Assembly: GCA_963706595.1 (NCBI GenBank)
Contig: OY970166.1
Span: 1,152,001 to 1,216,000, forward strand
Source of the DNA: an uncultured cyanobacterium
Lineage (GTDB): Bacteria > Cyanobacteriota > Cyanobacteriia > Cyanobacteriales > Nostocaceae
Reading direction: 5' to 3'
DNA length: 64,000 nt
The notes below the pieces were generated by a model. It saw only the letters and a program-made list of their open reading frames with translations, ran no database searches and had not been told where the DNA came from. Positions within the stretch are counted from its first letter, which is position 1. Each line of letters begins with the position of its first letter. Of the stretch, positions 55,779-64,000 are shown one piece after another. The translations under genes and the position numbers were made by a program.

Positions 55779-57025
55779 TGGCATGGCAAGCTTAAAATAG
55801 TGCATTAGAATGGAGGAAAAAAAAGGAGAAATTGATGGGGAGAGGTCGTAGAGATAAAGTCATATTAGATACAGAGAAAAGAAAAAGATTAGAAGCGATC
55901 GCTCGCAACGGACAGGCCCCAGCCAAAAAAATATTGCACGCACAGGTGTTGTTAATGTGCGATGAGGGAGAGGGTGCAAGGAAAAAATGGACAGATGAAG
56001 AAATAAGTATAGGGTTAAGGGTTCATCGCAATACGGTGGCAAGAATCAGGAAGAGGTTCCTCGAACAGGGAGAAGAACCTGCCTTAAATCGTCATCAGAG
56101 GTTAAAACCACCAAATGTCAGCAAGATAGATGGTCAGACTGAAGCCCAAATCATTGCATTATGTTGTTCTGAACCTCCCACGGGGCAAGCACACTGGAGT
56201 CTCAGATTACTGACGCAAGAAATTCAAAACCGAAAAATTATCATAGAAATTTCTAGGGAGACGATTAGAAAGACATTAAAAAAAACAAATTACGCCCCTG
56301 GAAAACAGAAAGATTTTGTATTCCCGAACGGGATATAGCACGTTTTGTCTCTCAAATGGAAGTAGTTTTAGACCTCTACAGCCAAGAACATAGTGATTTG
56401 GAACCTTTAATCTGTATGGATGAAGCTTCTAGACAATTAACAGGGCATCTTTATGAGCCAAAACCAATGGAACCGGGTGAAGATGCAAAAGAAGATTATC
56501 ACTATACTCGCGAAGGAGTCCAAGCTTTGTTCATGTTTTTTGACCCGATCAGAGGTTGGCGACGTGTCAGCAATCGCGCTCATCGGACTCGTGTTGATTG
56601 GGCCGAAGAAGTCCGTCAACTATTAGATGAAGACTATCCCCAAGCCACCAAGGTCAAATTGCTATGTGACAACCTCAACACTCATAGCATTACATCACTT
56701 TACGAAGCTTTTCCCGCACCAGAAGCTCACCGCTTGGCTAGGAGACTGGAGATTTATTACACTCCTCGCAATGGAAGCTGGCTCAACGTTGCCGAAATTG
56801 AATTAAGCGTTTTAAGCCAACAGTGCCTAGACCGACGAATTCCTAGTATTTGTCAACTATCTACAGAATTGACCGCTTGGCAAAACGAACGTAACCGCAC
56901 CGCAGGTAAAGTTATTTGGCGTTTTACTACTGATGATGCTCGTATCAAACTTAAACATCTTTACCCAGTGTTTGAAACTCACAAAATCGTTGATTCTAAT
57001 GCAACATTTTAAGCTTGTCACGCCA
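55779..57025 (+). mobile_element. IS630-family element, copy 1 (1247 bp between GTAG junctions)
   Basis: About 20-bp TIRs, HTH ORF plus DDE ORF. Confidence 0.95.
55832..57012 (+). CDS. IS630 transposase; ORFs 55832-56338 and 56356-57012 joined by a -1 shift at the A8 run 56278-56285
   Basis: HWSLRLL, then KNKLRPW after the shift; catalytic CMDEA / CDNL / WLNVAEIE. Confidence 0.93.
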
Positions 57026-57029
57026 GTAG

Positions 57030-58276
57030 TGGCGTGACAAGCTTAAAATAGTGCATTAGAATGGAGGAAAAAAAAGGAGAAATTGATGGGGAGAGGTCGT
57101 AGAGATAAAGTCATATTAGATACAGAGAAAAGAAAAAGATTAGAAGCGATCGCTCGCAACGGACAGGCCCCAGCCAAAAAAATATTGCACGCACAGGTGT
57201 TGTTAATGTGCGATGAGGGAGAGGGTGCAAGGAAAAAATGGACAGATGAAGAAATAAGTATAGGGTTAAGGGTTCATCGCAATACGGTGGCAAGAATCAG
57301 GAAGAGGTTCCTCGAACAGGGAGAAGAACCTGCCTTAAATCGTCATCAGAGGTTAAAACCACCAAATGTCAGCAAGATAGATGGTCAGACTGAAGCCCAA
57401 ATCATTGCATTATGTTGTTCTGAACCTCCCACGGGGCAAGCACACTGGAGTCTCAGATTACTGACGCAAGAAATTCAAAACCGAAAAATTATCATAGAAA
57501 TTTCTAGGGAGACGATTAGAAAGACATTAAAAAAAACAAATTACGCCCCTGGAAAACAGAAAGATTTTGTATTCCCGAACGGGATATAGCACGTTTTGTC
57601 TCTCAAATGGAAGTAGTTTTAGACCTCTACAGCCAAGAACATAGTGATTTGGAACCTTTAATCTGTATGGATGAAGCTTCTAGACAATTAACAGGGCATC
57701 TTTATGAGCCAAAACCAATGGAACCGGGTGAAGATGCAAAAGAAGATTATCACTATACTCGCGAAGGAGTCCAAGCTTTGTTCATGTTTTTTGACCCAAT
57801 CAGAGGTTGGCGACGTGTCAGCAATCGCGCTCATCGGACTCGTGTTGATTGGGCCGAAGAAGTCCGTCAACTATTAGATGAAGACTATCCCCAAGCCACC
57901 AAGGTCAAATTGCTATGTGACAACCTCAACACTCATAGCATTACATCACTTTACGAAGCTTTTCCCGCACCAGAAGCTCACCGCTTGGCTAGGAGACTGG
58001 AGATTTATTACACTCCTCGCAATGGAAGCTGGCTCAACGTTGCCGAAATTGAATTAAGCATTTTAAGCCAACAGTGCCTAGACCGACGAATTCCTAGTAT
58101 TTGTCAACTATCTAGAGAATTGACCGCTTGGCAAAACGAACGTAACCGCACCGCAGGTAAAGTTATTTGGCGTTTTACTACTGATGATGCTCGTATAAAA
58201 CTTAAACATCTTTACCCAGTGTTTGAAACTCACAAAATCGTTAATTCTAATGCAACATTTTAAGCTTGCCACGCCA
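57030..58276 (+). mobile_element. IS630-family element, copy 2
   Basis: 1251-bp period with copy 1; a few SNPs. Confidence 0.95.
57083..58263 (+). CDS. IS630 transposase (ORFs 57083-57589 and 57607-58263)
   Basis: As copy 1, with V>I, T>R and D>N differences near the C-terminus. Confidence 0.93.
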
Positions 58277-58280
58277 GTAG

Positions 58281-58490
58281 TAGCGTGGCAAGCTTAAAAT
58301 GGGGCATTAGGAAAAAGCAGACAACATTGATTTATCTCGATTTTCTCAAAAATCTATTGCAACATTTTAGCCTTGTCACGCCAGTAGTAGCGTGGCAAGC
58401 TTAAAATAGTGCATTAGGAAAAAGCAGAAAACATTGATTTATCTCAATTTTCTCAAAAATCTATTGCAACATTTTAGCCTTGCCACGCCA
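58281..58490 (+). mobile_element. MITEs 2 and 3 (58281-58383, 58388-58490)
   Basis: 103-bp units separated by GTAG. Confidence 0.9.
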
Positions 58491-58494
58491 GTAG

Positions 58495-59741
58495 TGGCAT
58501 GGCAAGCTTAAAATAGTGCATTAGAATGGAGGAAAAAAAAGGAGAAATTGATGGGGAGAGGTCGTAGAGATAAAGTCATATTAGATACAGAGAAAAGAAA
58601 AAGATTAGAAGCGATCGCTCGCAACGGACAGGCCCCAGCCAAAAAAATATTGCACGCACAGGTGTTGTTAATGTGCGATGAGGGAGAGGGTGCAAGGAAA
58701 AAATGGACAGATGAAGAAATAAGTATAGGGTTAAGGGTTCATCGCAATACGGTGGCAAGAATCAGGAAGAGGTTCCTCGAACAGGGAGAAGAACCTGCCT
58801 TAAATCGTCATCAGAGGTTAAAACCACCAAATGTCAGCAAGATAGATGGTCAGACTGAAGCCCAAATCATTGCATTATGTTGTTCTGAACCTCCCACGGG
58901 GCAAGCACACTGGAGTCTCAGATTACTGACGCAAGAAATTCAAAACCGAAAAATTATCATAGAAATTTCTAGGGAGACGATTAGAAAGACATTAAAAAAA
59001 ACAAATTACGCCCCTGGAAAACAGAAAGATTTTGTATTCCCGAACGGGATATAGCACGTTTTGTCTCTCAAATGGAAGTAGTTTTAGACCTCTACAGCCA
59101 AGAACATAGTGATTTGGAACCTTTAATCTGTATGGATGAAGCTTCTAGACAATTAACAGGGCATCTTTATGAGCCAAAACCAATGGAACCGGGTGAAGAT
59201 GCAAAAGAAGATTATCACTATACTCGCGAAGGAGTCCAAGCTTTGTTCATGTTTTTTGACCCAATCAGAGGTTGGCGACGTGTCAGCAATCGCGCTCATC
59301 GGACTCGTGTTGATTGGGCCGAAGAAGTCCGTCAACTATTAGATGAAGACTATCCCCAAGCCACCAAGGTCAAATTGCTATGTGACAACCTCAACACTCA
59401 TAGCATTACATCACTTTACGAAGCTTTTCCCGCACCAGAAGCTCACCGCTTGGCTAGGAGACTGGAGATTTATTACACTCCTCGCAATGGAAGCTGGCTC
59501 AACGTTGCCGAAATTGAATTAAGCGTTTTAAGCCAACAGTGCCTAGACCGACGAATTCCTAGTATTTGTCAACTATCTACAGAATTGACCGCTTGGCAAA
59601 ACGAACGTAACCGCACCGCAGGTAAAGTTATTTGGCGTTTTACTACTGATGATGCTCGTATCAAACTTAAACATCTTTACCCAGTGTTTGAAACTCACAA
59701 AATCGTTGATTCTAATGCAACATTTTAAGCTTGTCACGCCA
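58495..59741 (+). mobile_element. IS630-family element, copy 3
   Basis: Same length and ends; followed by CTAC. Confidence 0.95.
58548..59728 (+). CDS. IS630 transposase (ORFs 58548-59054 and 59072-59728)
   Basis: Protein identical to copy 1. Confidence 0.93.
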
Positions 59742-59806
59742 CTACGTGTTTGTTCAATAATGAAAAAATCGATTGTAACGGCTAAAGGAAAGCTAGATAA
59801 ATAAAC

Positions 59807-59837
59807 TTTTGACTTTTGACTTTTGACTTTTGACTTC
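59807..59837. repeat. Heptamer STRR (TTTTGAC)n
   Basis: Read directly from the sequence. Confidence 0.85.
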
Positions 59838-59848
59838 CCCGAAGGGGT

Positions 59849-60145
59849 TGGCATCCGGCGTTTTTGCTACTGGGTAGGACTTTGGAAGAATGTGCTGCTA
59901 AATATCGTCAGTTTTGTAAGAAATATCGACCGAAGCCAAAGTCTGAAAAAAGGAATCATTGGGGTAGTCGTTTTTTACCTTCTTTGAAGAATAAGGGTAA
60001 GAAGAAGTCACCGGGACAGATGAGTTTACCTTGGGATAAGCAACGAGTCACTGAAGATACTGAGGTGCATGAGGTAGCAGAAAAATTTATTCAGGCTAAC
60101 TGTTATAACCCCGCAGGTCCAGGTATCGGAATTCTGAAATGTTGA
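59849..60145 (+). pseudogene. 5'-truncated gene, probably the C-terminus of a Y1/REP-associated tyrosine transposase
   Basis: Frame WHPAFLLLGRTLEECAAKYRQFCKKYRPKPK begins abruptly after a repeat, with no convincing start. Family from recall only; no HUH motif remains. Confidence 0.5.
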
Positions 60146-60211
60146 TTCTACCGTGCTTTTGGGGCTTGTAATAAATCTTTATAAATGTCTAAAAGCCTTA
60201 GATGTTACAGT

Positions 60212-61252
60212 TTACAAGTCTCGATGCGAGAGAAGAGACACCCCCCACCCACAACCCAACACCCCACCCACAACCCAAACCGGGAGGTGTCCCTTATGGG
60301 AGGAAGTGTCAAAAGTTACATCAGTGTAGTCAATCCAGCTACTCTTCACTCTCCATCCTACGCGATCGCCTAATTTTTCCCAGGCTTCTTGGTAATACTT
60401 GCCGTCAGCTTTACCGCCAACGCTCAAGTAAATTTCCTTCTGGACGCTGAAGCCAAAGTGTCCATTACTGTATTTTACCCACAAGCGGTCAATTGTGCGT
60501 AAATCAGTGCAAGGAAAATTTAAGAATTCGTCTGTACTGAAATATTTGCCTTCTTTCTTACCTACTGCTTTAATCATCACCAGATAGGTTTCTTGGTCGG
60601 CTTCTTTCCAGTTTTTTGCTGCTAGTAAGTCGCGCAGTCTGGTGTAATCTATGCCTTTTTCAGAGTCCAGGTTATCTGTAGCAGTTGGTGGCTGAATAAC
60701 AGGATGCGAGTTAAGAATCTCTCTAGCCTGAACTGCTGAGGTGTCTGGCTGAACGCCGAGATGTGAGTTTAGAAGGTCTAAAGCATTTTTATTAGGTTGA
60801 GACGGCGTTGTGAGAGACGAATGCTGAATTATTGCTTGTGATGCTGGCTTTATTCCAGTAATACCCCAAATCAACTGTCCCATCGGTTCAGGATACTCTA
60901 AACGGAAATCAACCCACGTGAAATTCCGGAGAAATAGAGGCAATTTTGGCTCTGTTAGAGCATCCGGCAAAAGTACCGGAATAACTGGACATTTCCTATT
61001 CACAAATTCTCGTAGGAACGCATTGATTTCTTGATTTTGCCAAGGGCCAATTCCTGATCCCCCTACAAAAACGGCTGCTGCTGCAATCTGTTCTATCTGT
61101 TCCTCTAAAGAATCTTGCGAAGAAAGACCAGGGCGTAAATCCAAAATATCCAACCAGGGTACAATTCCGCGTTGCTTTAGTTGTTCAGCAACTTGGATAA
61201 CCGCAGGTCTATCTTTACTATTGTGACAAAGAAAAACATCAAACTTTTCCAC
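60212..61252 (-). CDS. TIR domain-GUN4 domain protein
   Basis: N-terminal TIR (FDVFLCHNSKDR, PWLD, GPWQNQEI). C-terminal GUN4 (DYTRLRDLL, WKEADQET, FPCTDLRTIDRLW, FGFSVQK, GHLP). GAGGAG precedes the GTG start. Confidence 0.92.
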   Translation of the reverse strand: MEKFDVFLCHNSKDRPAVIQVAEQLKQRGIVPWLDILDLRPGLSSQDSLEEQIEQIAAAAVFVGGSGIGPWQNQEINAFLREFVNRKCPVIPVLLPDALTEPKLPLFLRNFTWVDFRLEYPEPMGQLIWGITGIKPASQAIIQHSSLTTPSQPNKNALDLLNSHLGVQPDTSAVQAREILNSHPVIQPPTATDNLDSEKGIDYTRLRDLLAAKNWKEADQETYLVMIKAVGKKEGKYFSTDEFLNFPCTDLRTIDRLWVKYSNGHFGFSVQKEIYLSVGGKADGKYYQEAWEKLGDRVGWRVKSSWIDYTDVTFDTSSHKGHLPVWVVGGVLGCGWGVSLLSHRDL

Positions 61253-61577
61253 TGGTTACTCCTCAACGCCAGTAATTTTGCCAACGCCATTCCAAAAAAT
61301 GGAACCAATGCCAAAAGGCAGACTGACAGATACAGGTTTTAAGACAATGCGATCCCAAAACATATTATTTATAGTCAGTAAATTTAATTAATTTAGTGTT
61401 TATTATAGTATTTAATGGAAATTATTAGGCGTACTGTTTTAATAAAGTAAAGAACCTCACCCCCAACCCCTCTCCTTATCAAGGAGAGGGGAGAATTTGA
61501 CGCTGGTTTTGTCAACCAAAAATATTGCGCTGCTTCGTTTTTTCAGTTGTCTTGAGAACTGTTCACTGTTCACTGAT

Positions 61578-61871
61578 TTAATTTTTCAGCGCTTCTAACC
61601 AGGATTGTAAATCAGTCAAACTCGTAAAATCTAAAAATGCTTCGCTCAAATCTTCCAGAATAGGCAAAGATAAACCATAAATCGAAGAGCGCATTTCCTC
61701 AGACAGTTCTCCAAATCGCTTAGTCAACTGTCGGGTAATTAAGTTAGCAGCCTCTTCTTGTCGTCCTTCGTCTTTAATTTCTCGGTAAACTCTTGTTTCT
61801 TTGAGTGTTATTCCCAGCATAGTCTCAACCTCCATTCTATTTAAGTGTTCAAATTTATACACCATAATCGT
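61578..61871 (-). CDS. 3' exon of an Rpn/DUF4351-type gene interrupted by the group II intron
   Basis: TIMVYKF...EVETMLG...ETRVYREIKDEG...RQLTKRFG...LEDLSEAFLDF..L.DL.SWL starts exactly at the intron 3' boundary. Confidence 0.85.
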   Translation of the reverse strand, partial: TIMVYKFEHLNRMEVETMLGITLKETRVYREIKDEGRQEEAANLITRQLTKRFGELSEEMRSSIYGLSLPILEDLSEAFLDFTSLTDLQSWLEALKN

Positions 61872-64000
61872 GTCGGGTAGGGCGGGGGCATTGCTACCCC
61901 TTTCCCCCCTAAGAACCGGACAAGCAAGTTTCCAAGCATCCGGCTCAAGCAAAGTCACTCCTGTTGGTAATGTACCTTTTGATGGCAATATTGATGTAAC
62001 CAAACTAGGTTTTTAGTTTCGCTTTTTCCACCATGACACCGAGGAATTATATGGTGTAGGTGTAGCGGTTCACCATTAAACAGTGACTCTCCACAGATAG
62101 GACATTTATAGTCTTGTTTTTTGGCTACATTTTGTTGGATGCGGCTGAGTTTTTCGGCAGTTGATTTATCCCTGATTCGTTGTCTTTTTTCCCAGTATTC
62201 CCTTAATTTTGGGTCGTCTGGGGAAGATTTATGTTGAACCAAAGGGTGTCTTTTAATGTTAAACCACCTAAACTTCAGCATATAAGCCCCAGAAGGTTTA
62301 TCTCCAAATACCCATTTGTCGTTAGGTCTATGGAAGTTTAACCTGCCCCAATATTTTTGTTTTTTCCATGCCTTTGATTTTTGAGGATGGGTGCGATTGA
62401 CAAATCTAACTTGTCTACGGAATAAATGGTCATCTAGTTTAGAGAAAGCTTTTGATGACACTACAGTTTTTAGATAATTAGCTTTGCCTCTAATTATGGG
62501 GTTGATGGCGGCAATTAATAATCCAACGTGTTTTCCCTTGTGTTCTAGGAAGACATTTTTGATATCATTTCGGGTTTGTTGCAAGAATTGCTTGCTGGGC
62601 TTGATGAGTAATTTGTATCCGGTTTTTGTATTGCTGACAGGGTAATGTCGGATATTGAAACCCAGAAAATCAAAGCCTTGTGTAAGATGAACTATTTTGG
62701 TTTTTTCCGGTGAGAGTTCTAAACCTCTAGTTGTTAACCAGTTGTTGATTTCATCTTGGGCTTTTTGTGCATCTGTAAGGGTTTGACAAAGAATCACAAA
62801 GTCGTCGGCGTATCTTACCAGTGTTCTGTTACTTTTGATTATTCCTCGGTTATCGTATTTGATTCCCAAGGCATCTTCCATGCCATGTAAGGCAATGTTA
62901 GCTAGTAAAGGGCTGATAATACCGCCTTGCGGTGTTCCAATTTCTTGGTCGTGGAAGACATTATTGTCTATGTATCCCGCCTTTAACCACTGCCAGATTA
63001 ATTTTCTACCTGGGAAATTGCCGATGGTAGTCATTAATTGGTTGTGGTTGATATTGTCAAAACACCCTTTGATATCCGCATCTACTGCCCATTTTTTTGT
63101 GCCATTTGGTCGGGTTGATAGATATATTTTCCCGATAGCATCATGGGGGCTTCTGCCAGAACGGAAACCGTAACTTATTCCTTCAAATTGTGCTTCCCAA
63201 CATGGTTCTAAGGCATTTTTGACGATTGCCTGTAAGCATCTATCCCGAATTGTGGGTATTCCTAGTGGGCGTTTTTTGCCATTGCTTTTGGGTATGTAGA
63301 TTCTTCTGACGGGTAATACTTGCCAGTCTTGGTTTTTGGCGAGGTCGTCCACCAATTTCCCCCTTTGTTGTGGGGTTTTGACTAGTATTTTGTCCACTCC
63401 TGCGGTTTTGTTGCCTTTGTTTTGTTGTGTGGCTTTCCTGATGGATTGCTGCACGTTTGAGTAACTTTTTAGCATCAGCCTTTGGAGATTACGGACTTTT
63501 CGCCAGTTACCTTCACGAGTTGCTTTAAATATGCGTCGTCTGAGATTCCTAACTCTCCGATTGACTTGATACCAGTTGATACTGTGCCAGTCGGAAGTCC
63601 TGTTGGTTACGTTTGCAGTATTTTGCATCTAACTTTTCCCAAATCAGTTCGGTTTCTTAACTTGGTCAATTCTGCTGACTTCACCTGCCAAAGTCTGCAC
63701 CCTTTCGGGTTGGGTATTGCCCTATTCGTCCAGTTATGAACCAATTAGTTTTGTTTCCTGTTCCCTTGCGGGTGACGACATTCGCTTGTTTGGCATCCTC
63801 TCCCCTCTGCGGTTTTCGGCTTTCCTTGCGGTTGGCTTACTCAAGTTTTCGACCTGGGCTTGAGACCTCATAGGGGTTATCCCGTTCCACACTTTTGAGA
63901 TGCGATATCTTTAGGTTTGTGCTATACTCCGGGAGATTTTTTGGTAGCCTAGGTAATTGATCACGGGAATTACCTCTTTGACTATCTCATCATCGGCGAT
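61872..64000 (-). mobile_element. Group II intron; 5' end lies outside the window
   Basis: Domain V GAGCCGGATGCTTGGAAACTTGCTTGTCCGGTTC at 61946-61913; domain VI ends ...CCTACCCGAC at 61872; intact IEP upstream. Confidence 0.93.
61955..63628 (-). CDS. ltrA: Group II intron reverse transcriptase/maturase with HNH endonuclease
   Basis: TAGVD, RPLGIPT, SYGFR, GTPQGG.ISPLLAN, RYADD, FDFLGF, then CPIC...HLHH...NLVWLHQYCH. Confidence 0.96.
   Translation of the reverse strand: MQNTANVTNRTSDWHSINWYQVNRRVRNLRRRIFKATREGNWRKVRNLQRLMLKSYSNVQQSIRKATQQNKGNKTAGVDKILVKTPQQRGKLVDDLAKNQDWQVLPVRRIYIPKSNGKKRPLGIPTIRDRCLQAIVKNALEPCWEAQFEGISYGFRSGRSPHDAIGKIYLSTRPNGTKKWAVDADIKGCFDNINHNQLMTTIGNFPGRKLIWQWLKAGYIDNNVFHDQEIGTPQGGIISPLLANIALHGMEDALGIKYDNRGIIKSNRTLVRYADDFVILCQTLTDAQKAQDEINNWLTTRGLELSPEKTKIVHLTQGFDFLGFNIRHYPVSNTKTGYKLLIKPSKQFLQQTRNDIKNVFLEHKGKHVGLLIAAINPIIRGKANYLKTVVSSKAFSKLDDHLFRRQVRFVNRTHPQKSKAWKKQKYWGRLNFHRPNDKWVFGDKPSGAYMLKFRWFNIKRHPLVQHKSSPDDPKLREYWEKRQRIRDKSTAEKLSRIQQNVAKKQDYKCPICGESLFNGEPLHLHHIIPRCHGGKSETKNLVWLHQYCHQKVHYQQE

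Noticed and set aside
58277..58494. CRISPR-like array in the ~107-bp periodic units (also 28759-28976)
   Set aside because: Unit interiors are near-identical rather than unique spacers, the ends match the IS630 TIRs, and no cas genes are present.
60185..60450. Plus-strand ORFs opposite the GUN4 3' end
   Set aside because: Antisense shadows; the C/A-only tract simply lacks stop codons.
61872..62003. N-terminal part of ORF 61578..62003
   Set aside because: It is a read-through translation of intron domains V and VI; the real exon starts at 61871.
61955..63628. RT as the DGR or retron enzyme acting on the GUN4 tract
   Set aside because: It has maturase and HNH domains and is followed by canonical intron domains V and VI. 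No avd gene or template repeat was seen, so proximity alone is not evidence.

Overview
Chromosomal window from a filamentous cyanobacterium, very likely Nostocales. Support: abundant HIP1 GCGATCGC octamers, heptameric STRR tracts, rbcLXS with rca. Core content: htrA-like protease, MnSOD, pfkA, the bidirectional hydrogenase cluster hoxEFUYH-hoxW with an acetate-CoA ligase/GNAT gene, mgtE, rbcL-rbcX-rbcS...rca, miaA, gyrB, gor, leuA, recQ, pheS, surE, ribF and moxR, plus three type II toxin-antitoxin loci (one decayed). The last 9 kb is accessory. It holds a head-to-tail array of three IS630-family copies and three cognate 103-104 bp MITEs joined by GTAG, a probable tyrosine-transposase remnant, a TIR-GUN4 gene, and a group II intron (RT-X-HNH) inserted in an Rpn/DUF4351-type gene. 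The most unusual signal is the 3' end of the TIR-GUN4 gene: a 42-nt G/T-only tract containing a 19-bp tandem duplication, followed by a short segment open in all three frames and closed by three TAA codons spaced 7 nt apart. This looks like a length-variable, frameshift-tolerant diversification cassette. The window also shows 21-24 nt in-frame micro-insertions in hoxH, hoxW and the ligase, nested MITE/REP elements, and four single-base frameshifts that may be sequencing errors. All family assignments come from motif recognition, not database searches.
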